A stretch of 64,000 bases of DNA, taken from NCBI GenBank assembly GCA_965226585.1, contig OZ245366.1, forward strand, positions 1,420,248 through 1,484,247, written 5' to 3'. The position numbers were made by a program, and so were the translations under genes. Below are positions 44,514 to 55,128 of the stretch, in pieces. The notes under the pieces are model-generated. The model did not search any database, was not told the origin of the DNA, and was given only the letters and a program-made list of their open reading frames with translations. The DNA is from Thermodesulfobacteriota bacterium (lineage in GTDB: Bacteria; Desulfobacterota_D; UBA1144; Nemesobacterales; Mycalebacteriaceae). The first letter of the stretch is position 1, and every line of letters begins with the position of its first letter.

Positions 44514-45590
44514 ATGAAGATAGGTGTTCCGAAAGAGGTAAAAACCTCAGAGTTCAGGGTCGCCCTCACTCCACGCGCCGCGCGCTCTCTTGTGGACGCG
44601 GGACACGAAGTTCTCGTTGAAAAATCCGCCGGCAAAGGCATAGGCATTGAAGACGAACGATACACCGAAGCGGGAGCAAAAATAGCGGAAAACCCCGAAG
44701 AAATTTTTTCAAACTCTGAACTGATTGTTAAGGTCAAAGAGCCGCAGGAGAGCGAATACCCTCTTATCACAAGCCGCCACACGCTTTTTTGCTATCTTCA
44801 CCTCGCGGCGGAAAAACAGCTTACAGACGCGCTTGTCTCGTCAGGGGCGAAGGCGGTGGCGTTTGAAACCGTGCAGACACCGGGCGGCGAACTGCCGCTT
44901 CTTGAGCCGATGAGCATCATAGCCGGAAGAATTTCCGCGCAAGTGGGAGCGGCTTTTCTTCAGAAAGACAATGACGGCAAAGGTGTTCTGCTTGGCGGAG
45001 TGCCCGGAGTAAGACCCGCGAAAACTCTTGTTGTGGGCGGCGGAACGGTGGGGCACGGCGCGGCGGATGTTGCCCTCGCAATGGGAGCGGAAGTTACGGT
45101 TATAGACAAAAACCCCGCGAAACTTGCCCTTTTTCACGAGCGTTTCGGAGGGAGAATCAAAACCCTGCCGTCATACCCTTCGCTTATAAATGACGAATGC
45201 GCGGCGGCAGACCTTGTTGTGGGAGCGGTTCTTGTTCCGGGGCTTAAAGCCCCAACCGTGATAAGCGAAGAGGCGATTGAAAAAATGGAGGAAGGCTCCG
45301 TGTTTGTGGATGTTTCCATAGACCAGGGGGGATGCTCAGAGACAAGCCGCCCGACATCTCACACAGACCCCGTTTATAAAACTCACGGCGTAACCCATTA
45401 CTGCGTAACAAACATTCCGTCTCTTGCCGCAAGAACGGCAACCTACGCCCTTTCGGGCAAAATCACCCCATACGTTCTGAAGATAGCGGAGGGAAATTTT
45501 GATGAGCCGCTCATAAAGGGCGTAAACGTTGAGAACGGAAAACTGATTATAGACCTTTACGGCACGGAACAGCCCCGGAGCCGCTCTTGA
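44514..45590 (+). CDS. ald: Alanine dehydrogenase
   Basis: IGVPKEVK, VKVKEP, YLHLAA, GGGTVG, DVSIDQGGC, HYCVTNIP. Confidence 0.96.
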   Translation: MKIGVPKEVKTSEFRVALTPRAARSLVDAGHEVLVEKSAGKGIGIEDERYTEAGAKIAENPEEIFSNSELIVKVKEPQESEYPLITSRHTLFCYLHLAAEKQLTDALVSSGAKAVAFETVQTPGGELPLLEPMSIIAGRISAQVGAAFLQKDNDGKGVLLGGVPGVRPAKTLVVGGGTVGHGAADVALAMGAEVTVIDKNPAKLALFHERFGGRIKTLPSYPSLINDECAAADLVVGAVLVPGLKAPTVISEEAIEKMEEGSVFVDVSIDQGGCSETSRPTSHTDPVYKTHGVTHYCVTNIPSLAARTATYALSGKITPYVLKIAEGNFDEPLIKGVNVENGKLIIDLYGTEQPRSRS

Positions 45591-45623
45591 CTGCCGGAAC
45601 AAATGGTTGATATTTAGCAAGAC

Positions 45624-46292
45624 ATGACAGGCAGACACACATTGCTCGCGCTCGCCGCATTTGTTCTTGTTCTCGGTTCCTGCGCCGGAAAGCGCGACTA
45701 CGGGAATATGTCTGCTGAGGAAATCTTCACCGAAGCAACCGCAAAGGCGGAGAAAAAAAGAGACTCATCCAAAGAGGCGGCAATTGAGATGTTCAAGGAG
45801 ATTCAGATAAGGCACGCCTTCAGTTCCTATGCGTCTCTCGCCTCGGTAAAAACGGCGGACGTTTATTTCAGTCAGGACAGATACAGAAGCGCGGCAGACC
45901 AGTATAAAAAGTTTATCTCGGACAACCCCAAGCACGAATTGCGAAAACACGCGATGCGCAGAATCGGGCTCAGTTTTTTCAATATGAAAGAGTCTCCGAA
46001 AAGAGACCAGTCTCCGTGCAGAAACGCGATTTACTGGTATCAAACCTTCCTTTCGTATTATCCCAACTCTTCTGAGGGCGAAAGCATTCAGTCTGACATC
46101 AATAAGTGCTCGGCGCTTATATCAGAAAGCGAACTGCAGATAGGCAAGTTCTACATGAAGCGCGGAGAGCACGAAGCGGCGCGGCGCAGATTTACAGAAC
46201 TCGCGGACAATTTCCCCAAAACCGAGGCGGCGCGCAAATCAGCGAAACTGCTTTCCGAACTTCCGCCGCCCGAACCTCAGCAGGAGCCGTAG
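45624..46292 (+). CDS. bamD: Outer membrane assembly lipoprotein BamD
   Basis: Lipobox LGSC, TPR-like helices, RDQS, ELQIGKFY. Confidence 0.85.
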   Translation: MTGRHTLLALAAFVLVLGSCAGKRDYGNMSAEEIFTEATAKAEKKRDSSKEAAIEMFKEIQIRHAFSSYASLASVKTADVYFSQDRYRSAADQYKKFISDNPKHELRKHAMRRIGLSFFNMKESPKRDQSPCRNAIYWYQTFLSYYPNSSEGESIQSDINKCSALISESELQIGKFYMKRGEHEAARRRFTELADNFPKTEAARKSAKLLSELPPPEPQQEP

Positions 46293-47360
46293 GTGGCTTT
46301 TCAAACAATAGAGTGGAAAAACGGGTCGGTCTTCATACTTGACCAGCGGAAACTGCCCTCGGAAAAAACCTACCTTGAATGCTCAACCCACCGGCAGGTG
46401 GCCGAAGCGATAAGTGAAATGGCGATACGCGGCGCGCCCGCAATAGGAATTGCGGCGGCGATGGGCTTTGCTCTTGGAGCAAAGGAAAACGCGGACTGTA
46501 AATCAGCGGACGAATTTATCTCTGAAATGAAAAAGGTCGGCAACACGCTTGAGAGCACAAGACCAACCGCAGTCAACCTTTCGTGGGCGCTCAGAAGAAT
46601 GGAAAAAATTATGCTCTCAAACCCCGGAGCAACAGCGCGGGAGACGGCGGAATTGCTGAAAACCGAGGCGGTCGCGATACGCGATGAAGACCTCATGCTT
46701 TGCAAAAACATAGGGAAAGCGGGCGAGCCGCTGATACCCGCCGGAGCAACCGTGATGACGCACTGCAACGCCGGCGGACTTGCGACCGCGGGATACGGAA
46801 CGGCTCTGGGCGTTGTGCGCGCCGTGAGAGACGCGGGAAAGAGCATAAAAGTTATATCGTCTGAAACGCGCCCTCTTCTTCAGGGAGCGCGGCTTACCGC
46901 GTGGGAACTGTGCGAAGACGGCATACCGGTTACCGTCATGGCGGACACGGCGGCGGGATATGTGATGAAAAACGGCGGAGTGGACGCCGTTATAGTCGGG
47001 GCGGACAGAATTGCCTCAAACGGCGATGTGGCAAACAAAATCGGAACCTATCAGCTCTCCGTTCTCGCCCGCCATCACGGAATCGCGTTCTATGTTGCCG
47101 CGCCGTGGTCAACGGTGGATATGAACTGCAAAAGCGGAAAAGACATTCCAATTGAGCGGAGGCCTGAAAGGGAAGTGTCTCACATTGGCGGCACGAAAAC
47201 CGCGGCGGACGGGGCGGAAATAATCAACCCGGCTTTTGACATCACGCCCGCTGAAAACATAGACCGCATAATAACGGACATGGGAACTGTGGAGCCGCCT
47301 TTTGGCGACGGGTTGGAAAAACTGAAGCGGAATCAGCCGACTTTCTCTATCTCTTCCTGA
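46293..47360 (+). CDS. mtnA: Methylthioribose-1-phosphate isomerase
   Basis: LDQRKLP, IRGAPAIG, RPTAVNL, THCNAGGLAT, ETRPLLQGARLT, NKIGTY. Confidence 0.96.
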   Translation: MAFQTIEWKNGSVFILDQRKLPSEKTYLECSTHRQVAEAISEMAIRGAPAIGIAAAMGFALGAKENADCKSADEFISEMKKVGNTLESTRPTAVNLSWALRRMEKIMLSNPGATARETAELLKTEAVAIRDEDLMLCKNIGKAGEPLIPAGATVMTHCNAGGLATAGYGTALGVVRAVRDAGKSIKVISSETRPLLQGARLTAWELCEDGIPVTVMADTAAGYVMKNGGVDAVIVGADRIASNGDVANKIGTYQLSVLARHHGIAFYVAAPWSTVDMNCKSGKDIPIERRPEREVSHIGGTKTAADGAEIINPAFDITPAENIDRIITDMGTVEPPFGDGLEKLKRNQPTFSISS

Positions 47361-47884
47361 GCCTCAATCGTGAACTTGGCAAACGGCATAACGCGCAGGC
47401 GGTCTTCGCCTATCTTCTCGCCCGTCATCTCGCAGATACCGTAAGTCCCATCTTCTATGCGGCCCAGAGCGTCCTCTATCTGGTCCAGTTTGTTGCGCTC
47501 GCGCTCTGAAAATATGAGAGACAGAATTCTCTCCCTGTCATCAGACGCTTTGTCGTAGAAATCTCCCACATCAAACTTCAGGTGGTCGCTCTCCTGTTTG
47601 ACTGAACGCGCGACATCCTTCACAAGACGGTCTTTCATCAGGAGAAGCTCTTTGCTAATCTCGTCAAGAAAACGCTTTCCGTATTTCGACCCGGCCGGGG
47701 AAGCGGAAGTCTTTTTCGGCGCGGAACTTTTTTTGGCGGGAGTTTTTTTTGGCGGAGCCGCCTTCGCCGTCTTTTTTACTGCGGTTTTCTTTGCCGCCGC
47801 CTTTTTTGAGGGCTTTGCGGCGGGAGTTTTGACGGTTTTTTTCACCGGCGCGGTTTTCTTCTTTTTTACGGTTTTTGCAGCCAA
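47333..47884 (-). CDS. dksA: DksA/TraR family transcription factor with Lys/Ala-rich N-terminal tail
   Basis: DFYDKA coiled-coil tip, ALGRIEDGTYGICEMTGEKI..RL..P. Confidence 0.85.
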   Translation of the reverse strand: MAAKTVKKKKTAPVKKTVKTPAAKPSKKAAAKKTAVKKTAKAAPPKKTPAKKSSAPKKTSASPAGSKYGKRFLDEISKELLLMKDRLVKDVARSVKQESDHLKFDVGDFYDKASDDRERILSLIFSERERNKLDQIEDALGRIEDGTYGICEMTGEKIGEDRLRVMPFAKFTIEAQEEIEKVG

Positions 47885-48044
47885 ATCTAATACACCGGAC
47901 GCTTACGCGCCGTTTTCAGGATGGGTATAGTTATTTGAAGCGCGGGCAATTGTCAAGCGGAAGGGCGGACGAAAATCCCGGTCTCTTGACAGAAAATAGC
48001 GTTTGTATTAGCATTGAGCCCAATCCCGCAAAAACGCAACTGTT

Positions 48045-49544
48045 ATGCATCCGGCAAAAATTGTTCCAATCCTTTCGCTTCTCTTCACCGCCCTTTTCCC
48101 TTTCGCCGCGCTTGCGGGCATTGACGAATCATTAAACAGCGCGACCGTTCCGGTGGCAGACTTTATGCTGAAATGGGTTTTCTACTCGTTTCCGCTTTTT
48201 GGAGCCGAAATCAAAATTGTTGTCGTTCTTCTCATAGGCGGCGGCATCTTTTCCACCTTTTATTTCAAGTTTATCAACATAAGCGGTTTCCGGCGCGCCA
48301 TCGGGCTTGTGAGCGGGAAATACGATTCAAAAGAGGCGGCGAACGCTCCCGGTGAAGTAAGCCACTTTCAGGCTCTCGCGACCGCGTGCGGGGCAACCGT
48401 GGGGCTGGGAAACATAGCCGGTGTGGCGATAGCGGTTTCCAAAGGCGGTCCGGGAGCAACGTTCTGGATGATAATGGCGGGTCTTATAGGGATGTCTCTC
48501 AAGTTTGCCGAATGCACTCTCGCGGTAAAATACCGCAGAGAAAACCCTGACGGCTCGGTCTCCGGCGGACCCATGTACTATCTTTCACGCGGGTTCGCGG
48601 AAATGGGACAGAAGCATCTGGGAAAGGTGCTTTCCGTTCTTTTCGCCATATTCTGCATAGGCGGGGCGATAGGGGCGGGGGGAATGTTTCAGGCAAACCA
48701 GTCTTTTCAGCAAATATCGCAAATAGCGGGAGAAGCCGGGCTTGCCCTGCCGGGCTGGTCTTTCGGGCTTGCGCTGGCAATCGCGCTCGGCTTTGTGATA
48801 GTCGGCGGAATCAAAAAGATAGCAAACGTAACCTCAAAGATAGTCCCGTTTATGGCGATTATCTACATAGCATCCGCCCTTGTGGTGATAGCCGTTCAGT
48901 ATGAGCGCGTCCCCGAAGCGTTCAGTCAGATATTCAGAGGCGCGTTCTCGCCCGAAGGGATTGAGGGCGGAATGCTGGGCGTGATGATATGGGGATTTCA
49001 GAGGGCAACCTTCTCAAACGAAGCCGGAATCGGCTCCGCCGCAATCGCCCACAGCGCGGCGAGAACGCGCTACCCGGCAAGTGAGGGAATAGTTTCCCTG
49101 CTTGAGCCGTTTATTGACACTGTGGTTATCTGCACAATGACCTCGCTTGTTATCGTGCTGACGGGAACCTACGAGACGGGAAACCTTGGCGGCGTTGAGA
49201 TAACCTCCGCCGCATTTGCGTCCGTCATAGACTGGTTTCCGTATCTGCTTGCTCTGGCGGTTCTGCTTTTCTGCTTTTCCACGATGGTGTCTTGGAGTTA
49301 TTACGGGATGAAATGCTGGACGTTTCTGTTCGGTGAAAACGAGCGGAACAGAATGACATTCAACATCATATTCTGCGTCTTTGTGGTGGTGGGAGCGGCG
49401 GCGAGCCTTAATTCCATTGTCAACATAGCGGACTCGCTTATCTTCCTTATGGCGATGGTTAATCTGGTGGGTGTTTTCGCCCTTATAGGCAAAGTGCGCT
49501 ATGAACTGAAGGTATACAGGGAAAGCCCTCAGGGAAAATTCTAA
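48045..49544 (+). CDS. Alanine/glycine:cation symporter (AGCS)
   Basis: TVGLGNIAGVA, GGPGATFWM, GGPMYYL, FSNEAGIGS, EPFIDT. Confidence 0.95.
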   Translation: MHPAKIVPILSLLFTALFPFAALAGIDESLNSATVPVADFMLKWVFYSFPLFGAEIKIVVVLLIGGGIFSTFYFKFINISGFRRAIGLVSGKYDSKEAANAPGEVSHFQALATACGATVGLGNIAGVAIAVSKGGPGATFWMIMAGLIGMSLKFAECTLAVKYRRENPDGSVSGGPMYYLSRGFAEMGQKHLGKVLSVLFAIFCIGGAIGAGGMFQANQSFQQISQIAGEAGLALPGWSFGLALAIALGFVIVGGIKKIANVTSKIVPFMAIIYIASALVVIAVQYERVPEAFSQIFRGAFSPEGIEGGMLGVMIWGFQRATFSNEAGIGSAAIAHSAARTRYPASEGIVSLLEPFIDTVVICTMTSLVIVLTGTYETGNLGGVEITSAAFASVIDWFPYLLALAVLLFCFSTMVSWSYYGMKCWTFLFGENERNRMTFNIIFCVFVVVGAAASLNSIVNIADSLIFLMAMVNLVGVFALIGKVRYELKVYRESPQGKF

Positions 49545-50845
49545 GCCTTTCCCCCGAAGAAACGGTCTCTAATTCTGAAAAAATCCTCCGCCTGGTGGAT
49601 GAATATCCCGACAAGCCCCAGCGTTGTAATGCCCAGAATCCACGGGTAGCCGCCGAAAATGGCGATAAAAACAAAAGCCAGAGAGTAAAAATTGCGCCTC
49701 ATCACGGGCCTCAGAAAAGCCAGCAGACGCCTTGCGGGGGAAAGGTTTTCGCCGCCCAGAAGCTCATCTATGCGGTGATACGAAACAAGGCTGCCCGAAC
49801 CGGTATAGCGAACCATGAAGATAAAAGACCATGAGAGAAACAGCAGGAATATCACTGCGTTCAGGGCTCCCAGAGAGAGAGCGAGAGACGGCTGTCCGCC
49901 GTGCAGATAGTAGCCGACGGGAACGCTTAGAACAAAACCGCCAATCGTTATCTGGTCGCTCAAGGTGTCAACCCATTCGCCTCTTTTTGTTTCAAGCATT
50001 TTCAGACGCGCCACCTCTCCGTCACAGCGGTCTAAAACGGCGGCGAGTTGCATAAAAACGGCTCCGATAACGGGGTAGCCCGTCAGGTAGGCAATCATGC
50101 ACGGCACTCCCGTAAGAACATTTGTGAAAACGCTTATCTGATTGGGCGTGAGAGAGGTGTTGCGGGCGAGCCACGCGCTTGTAGGCAGAGACAGTCTGCC
50201 GTTTATGTTCCTCGCTATCCATCCGGTTGAGGTTTTGCCGACGCTTGATGAGAGAAGACGCCACGCCTCTTCTGAGGTTTCTCCGCCATCTGTGTCCAGA
50301 TTCATCGCGTAGGCGGTTTCATCAACAAAAAACTCTTTTACGCCCTCGTCTCTGTAGCGTCCGACCCATCTGGACAGGTCGCAGTCTTCAAGAAGGTCGG
50401 CAACGGCTTCGGACTCAACAACCGCCGCGCCAATCGGTATCTTCCGCTTTTCGCCAACGGGAGTTTCTTCGTACATCTTCATCAGGACCGCGCCTCCCGC
50501 AGGCGGCTTTTCGTTCAAAAACTTCTCAAGAACAGCCCTTTGAAAAAACAGGTTTGATTGAAGCACCAGCATGTTCTGCGGGCGGGAACGCTCAGTTTCG
50601 GGCTCAGGTTTTCCCGGAAGCGCGAAAGTTATCCGCGCCGCCCCGGATACGGATTCAGGAAGCATCGCTCTGAGATCGGTTTCGGCAAGAGAGGAAACAA
50701 CGGTTATATCTTCAACACCGGATTTGATGCACGAACGCACAAGCCTGCGCAGTTGTGTAAGTCCGCCTATGGACACTGAGGGGAAGCGGTCTAAAGACTC
50801 TCCGCGCAACCCGGTGCCGCAAGCAAGAATCAGGGCGTGTGTCAT
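49541..50845 (-). CDS. CDP-alcohol phosphotransferase with degenerate N-terminal nucleotidyltransferase-like domain
   Basis: ALILACGTG N-terminus; TPNQIS; DRCDGEVAR..GEWVDTLSD. Confidence 0.88.
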   Translation of the reverse strand: MTHALILACGTGLRGESLDRFPSVSIGGLTQLRRLVRSCIKSGVEDITVVSSLAETDLRAMLPESVSGAARITFALPGKPEPETERSRPQNMLVLQSNLFFQRAVLEKFLNEKPPAGGAVLMKMYEETPVGEKRKIPIGAAVVESEAVADLLEDCDLSRWVGRYRDEGVKEFFVDETAYAMNLDTDGGETSEEAWRLLSSSVGKTSTGWIARNINGRLSLPTSAWLARNTSLTPNQISVFTNVLTGVPCMIAYLTGYPVIGAVFMQLAAVLDRCDGEVARLKMLETKRGEWVDTLSDQITIGGFVLSVPVGYYLHGGQPSLALSLGALNAVIFLLFLSWSFIFMVRYTGSGSLVSYHRIDELLGGENLSPARRLLAFLRPVMRRNFYSLAFVFIAIFGGYPWILGITTLGLVGIFIHQAEDFFRIRDRFFGGKA

Positions 50846-50854
50846 TAAAGAATT

Positions 50855-51643
50855 TTAACCTGAGGAAACTATCTTCAGAGATTTTCCGCCCGCTTCCGCG
50901 GCTCTTCTGCCGGGAAATACGAACTTGTCCGAGTTGTTTTTGGCAAGGAACAGGTCTTTGGGGTAGTCAACATCCATCCAGAACATGTCGCCTATATCAA
51001 ACGGCTTTATTTTGTATCCCTTGTTCAAAAGCCGCTGTATGCACGAAACGTACCATTTCTGGCGAACCCTTCCTCCCCTCATTTCCTCTTCTGAAGCCCT
51101 TTTTACCATCTCAACACCGGTTCCCCTGAAAAGCCGCACTCCTACCGACTCGTAGTCAATGCCGTCTTCAATGTCTTTTGTAACAAGAGACACATGGCCG
51201 TTTTCCATCCTGACCTTCATGTCTTCATTGTCGTAATTTTCTTTCATTTTGACGGGAAGCACTATTTTTTCCTTCCGCGTGTTTATCATTTTGTCGAGAA
51301 TGTCTATCTCAAATATGTCATCGCCGTTCATAACAACAAGGTCGTCATCCATCTCTCCCCTCGCAAGGCAGAGAGAAACAAGGCTGTTTGTTGTCTGGTA
51401 GAAGGGGTTGTAGATGGTTTTTATCTTTATTCCGAGTCCGTTGTATCTGCGCAGGAACGACTCAACCTTCTCAAAGCCGAAGCCAACCACTATAACCACG
51501 TCGTTTATGCCGCAGTCTCTGATGTGGTTTATCTGATTCTCAAGTATGGAAACGCCGCCCAAGTTCAGGAGGCATTTGGGCATATGGTCGGTGTACGGCC
51601 GTAATCTGCTCCCCATACCCGCAGCAAGAATAATTGCTTTCAT
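50855..51643 (-). CDS. Cytidylyltransferase (LicC/IPCT-like NTP transferase)
   Basis: AIILAAGMGSRL..PKCLL, NGDD, EDMKV, WMDVDYPKDL. Confidence 0.88.
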   Translation of the reverse strand: MKAIILAAGMGSRLRPYTDHMPKCLLNLGGVSILENQINHIRDCGINDVVIVVGFGFEKVESFLRRYNGLGIKIKTIYNPFYQTTNSLVSLCLARGEMDDDLVVMNGDDIFEIDILDKMINTRKEKIVLPVKMKENYDNEDMKVRMENGHVSLVTKDIEDGIDYESVGVRLFRGTGVEMVKRASEEEMRGGRVRQKWYVSCIQRLLNKGYKIKPFDIGDMFWMDVDYPKDLFLAKNNSDKFVFPGRRAAEAGGKSLKIVSSG

Positions 51644-51763
51644 TCCTTATATCTCCAATTAAACAACTAAAAGGCCGCAACGGCTATAAAAAAAGGACGG
51701 CTGACAAAACAATGCCGTCTCAACTCCCGCTATTATCTCTTTTTGCGGGCGAAATTTCAAGAC

Positions 51764-52168
51764 CTATTGTTCCTGCCCTCCGACATCCGGTATCGTGAAG
51801 GCGGAAACCTTGTGTTTGATGCTTTTTATGTTGTTCTGCTCGTCAACATAGACCAGTTTGGGCGTGTGCCCCTTGCACTCGCTCTCGTCGTATGTGGCGA
51901 AGGTTGCTATTATGAGAGAGTCGCCCTCGCGCGCGAGGTGCGCCGCCGCTCCGTTCACGCACACAACGTTTGTGCCTCTTTTTCCCTCTATGGCGTATGT
52001 GAAAAACCTGTGACCGTTGGTAACGTTGAATATGGAAACCTTCTCGTAGGGAAGCAGGTCTGCCGCCTCCATAAGAACCGGGTCAAGGGTCAAACTCCCT
52101 TCATATTCAAGGTCGGCTTCGGTAACAAGCGCGTGATGAATCTTGGATTTAAGCAAACTTCTTTTCAT
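51764..52168 (-). CDS. panD: Aspartate 1-decarboxylase
   Basis: KSKIH, YEGSLT, TYAI, NGAAAHL. Confidence 0.97.
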   Translation of the reverse strand: MKRSLLKSKIHHALVTEADLEYEGSLTLDPVLMEAADLLPYEKVSIFNVTNGHRFFTYAIEGKRGTNVVCVNGAAAHLAREGDSLIIATFATYDESECKGHTPKLVYVDEQNNIKSIKHKVSAFTIPDVGGQEQ

Positions 52169-52184
52169 GGCAAACCACCGTTCC

Positions 52185-53033
52185 CTAAAATCTTATGCTG
52201 TCTATAAGTCTCGCCTTTCCAACCCGCGCCGCTATTGCCGCCAGGCTTCCGGCAGACGCCCCCGGTGAAGGGGCAAGCGTTTCAGGGTCGCAAATCTCAA
52301 GATACTCAAGATCAACACCCCCGTTTGCGGCAAGGAACTCCCCGCCGTCTTTAACAATCTCGGCGCTCAAGAGAGTTCCCGAGTTAAAAAGCTGCTTCAT
52401 TCTAAACAAAACCTGCGGAATAACAACCGCTTTTTTCCTCTCCTCATCCGAAAGATATTCGTTCCGCGAACTTACGGCAAGACCCGTTTCGTCTCTGACG
52501 GTGGGAACAGCCGCGATGCGCACGTCAAGGTGAAGGTCTTTCACCATTCTCTTTATTATCGCGAGTTGCTGAAAGTCTTTTTCCCCGAATCCGGCGACCG
52601 CCGGGCAGACGATGTTGAAAAGTTTCAGCACAACGGTCGCCACTCCCTTGAAATGCCCCGGCCTTGAATCTCCGCACAGAAACTTCTGCAAACGCTCCAC
52701 TTCCACAGAAGTCTGAAAGCCGTCCGGGTATATCTCACCGGCAGACGGAATGAAAACGGCTTCCACACCGGCTTCGGTGAGCTTTGCGACATCGCCCTCT
52801 TCATCCCTTTTGTAGCCGTCATAATCCTCTCCCGCGCCGAACTGAAGGGGGTTTACGAAGATGCTTGCGACACAAACGTCAGAAAGGGCGGAGATTTCTT
52901 CCACTATCCGCAGATGACCCGCATGAATCGCGCCCATTGTGGGAACAAAACCGGCTGATTTGCCGTCTTTTGAGACGGATGAGGAATACTCTTTCATTTC
53001 CTCCGCCGTCCGTATGACAAGCGGGGAACTCAT
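52185..53033 (-). CDS. panC: Pantoate--beta-alanine ligase
   Basis: [41 protein letters not shown]. Confidence 0.97.
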   Translation of the reverse strand: MSSPLVIRTAEEMKEYSSSVSKDGKSAGFVPTMGAIHAGHLRIVEEISALSDVCVASIFVNPLQFGAGEDYDGYKRDEEGDVAKLTEAGVEAVFIPSAGEIYPDGFQTSVEVERLQKFLCGDSRPGHFKGVATVVLKLFNIVCPAVAGFGEKDFQQLAIIKRMVKDLHLDVRIAAVPTVRDETGLAVSSRNEYLSDEERKKAVVIPQVLFRMKQLFNSGTLLSAEIVKDGGEFLAANGGVDLEYLEICDPETLAPSPGASAGSLAAIAARVGKARLIDSIRF

Positions 53034-53833
53034 TCTCCGGTTTCCGGCGGGGGAAAAACGCCGTCTCTCACCTCGCGGGCGTAACTCTCAACCGCTGTGG
53101 CGAATATCTCCCCCGCTTCCGCGTATTTTTTCACAAATCCCGGAACGGGACTGGAAAGCCCCACAAGGTCGTTGAAAACAAGCACCTGCCCGTCACATCC
53201 TCCGCCCGAACCGATTCCTATGGTCGGTATATCAACGGCTTCCGTGATGCGGGACGCAAGGGCGGGCGGAACGCACTCTATAACCAGCGCGACCGCTCCC
53301 GCCTCCCGGCACTCAAGCGCCAGCCCGTGTATAAATCCGGCGGACTGCGGATTGTCTCCCTGAACCTTGTATCCGTACAGGTTCACAGACTGCGGACACA
53401 AACCCACATGCGCCACAACCGGTATGCCCGCGTCCGTGAGGCTTCGCACCGTTTGCGTGTACCGCCGCGCCCCAACCTCTATTTTTACAGACTCCGCGCC
53501 GCCGCGTTTGAGAAGATTTCCGGCATTTTTTATGGCGTCTCTGTCGTCGGTTTGATAAGAGAGAAACGGCATATCCGCGCACAGGTGAGCCCTCTCAACC
53601 CCGCGCGAGACGGCGCGTGTGTGGTATATCATATCTTCCATCCGGACGGCGACCGTGCCGTCAAGCCCTTGAAAAACATTGCCAAGAGAGTCGCCCACAA
53701 GAACAACGTCCACTCCGCAGGAATCTACAATTCTCGCAACGGAATAATCGTACGCCGTCACGGCGACTATCTTGCGTCCGTCCTTCTTCATCTGAGACAG
53801 ATGAGACACCCTCGTCTTTTGTGTTTTTGCCAT
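53030..53833 (-). CDS. panB: 3-methyl-2-oxobutanoate hydroxymethyltransferase
   Basis: TAYDY, LVGDSLG, ADMPFLSY, HVGLCPQ, IGIGSG, DGQVLV. Confidence 0.97.
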   Translation of the reverse strand: MAKTQKTRVSHLSQMKKDGRKIVAVTAYDYSVARIVDSCGVDVVLVGDSLGNVFQGLDGTVAVRMEDMIYHTRAVSRGVERAHLCADMPFLSYQTDDRDAIKNAGNLLKRGGAESVKIEVGARRYTQTVRSLTDAGIPVVAHVGLCPQSVNLYGYKVQGDNPQSAGFIHGLALECREAGAVALVIECVPPALASRITEAVDIPTIGIGSGGGCDGQVLVFNDLVGLSSPVPGFVKKYAEAGEIFATAVESYAREVRDGVFPPPETGE

Positions 53834-53931
53834 TTTCACCACCCCGCAAAAAAACTTTAACAGGCAAAAGCGGGCTGGGAAAGTCCGAACCGCTTTGAAA
53901 TTCAGAGGCAGTAAACTATAATCGCTCTGCG

Positions 53932-55128
53932 ATGAAAAGTTTGCGCGGGCAGTGGGAATCGCCGCTTATGGAGAGTCTTCCTGAGTATGTCTTCAATTCC
54001 GTTGACAAACTCAAAAGAGAGGCGCGGGCAAAAGGCGAAGACATAATAGATCTGGGAATGGGAAATCCCGACCGTCCCACGCCTCACCACATCGTTGACA
54101 AACTGACAGAATCTTCTCTGAAGCCGAAAAACCACCGCTATTCGGCGTCTGCGGGAATTCCGAACCTGAGAAAAGCGGTCTGCAACTGGTATAAAAAAAA
54201 GTTCAACGCAACCCTCAACCCGAATACTGAAGCGGTCGCCACAATGGGCATCAAGGAGGGAATCTCCCACCTTATGCCGTGCATACTTTCACCCGGAGAC
54301 AAAGTGATTGTGCCGTCTCCCGCATATCCAATACACACGTATTCGGTAACCATAGCGCGCGGAAAGCCGGTTGCCGTCCCCATAACGGCTGATACGGAAA
54401 AACTTGCCGCAGACATAGAGAAGGCGGTGAAAAAGGGAGGCAAAAGGGTCAAGGCGATACTTCTGTCGTTTCCGAACAACCCGACCACGGCAACTGTGGG
54501 ACTGGATTTTTTTGAAAAAATAGTGGCTCTCGCCCGAAGGCACGGCGTGCTGGTAATCCACGACTTCGCCTACGCGGAGGTTTGCTTTGACGGCTACAAA
54601 CCGCCCAGCATAATGCAGGTGAAGGGGGCGAAAGAGGTCGCGGTTGAGTTCTACTCGCTGTCAAAAACCTACAACATGCCGGGCTGGAGAGTCGGGTTTA
54701 TGGCGGGAAACGCCAACGTTGTGTCGCACTTGCGCAAGATAAAAAGCTACCTTGATTACGGAATTTTTCAGCCCATACAGATATCCGCCATCCTCGCGAT
54801 GAATGGGCCTCAAAAGTGCGTTGAAGAGGTGAGAAAAACCTACCAGCTCCGGCGCGACAAACTGATACGATCTTTCGCTGAAGCGGGCTGGGAGATTGAG
54901 CCGCCGGGCGCAACGATGTTCGTCTGGGCGGAAATCCCGCGGCAGTTCAAAAAGATGGGCTCGCTTGAGTTCTCAAAAATGCTCATAAAAAAGGCGGGAG
55001 TCGCTTCGTCTCCGGGAGTGGGATTTGGCTCTGCGGGCGAGGGCTTTGTGCGCTTCGCCCTTGTTGAGAACGAAAAACGGATAGGACAGGCGGCAAGAAA
55101 CATCAACAAGGTTTTGAACCGCCGCTAA
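53932..55128 (+). CDS. PLP-dependent class I/II aminotransferase (AlaC-like)
   Basis: DLGMGNPD, FPNNPT, HDFAY, SLSKTYNMPGWRVGF, KSYLDYG. Confidence 0.92.
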   Translation: MKSLRGQWESPLMESLPEYVFNSVDKLKREARAKGEDIIDLGMGNPDRPTPHHIVDKLTESSLKPKNHRYSASAGIPNLRKAVCNWYKKKFNATLNPNTEAVATMGIKEGISHLMPCILSPGDKVIVPSPAYPIHTYSVTIARGKPVAVPITADTEKLAADIEKAVKKGGKRVKAILLSFPNNPTTATVGLDFFEKIVALARRHGVLVIHDFAYAEVCFDGYKPPSIMQVKGAKEVAVEFYSLSKTYNMPGWRVGFMAGNANVVSHLRKIKSYLDYGIFQPIQISAILAMNGPQKCVEEVRKTYQLRRDKLIRSFAEAGWEIEPPGATMFVWAEIPRQFKKMGSLEFSKMLIKKAGVASSPGVGFGSAGEGFVRFALVENEKRIGQAARNINKVLNRR

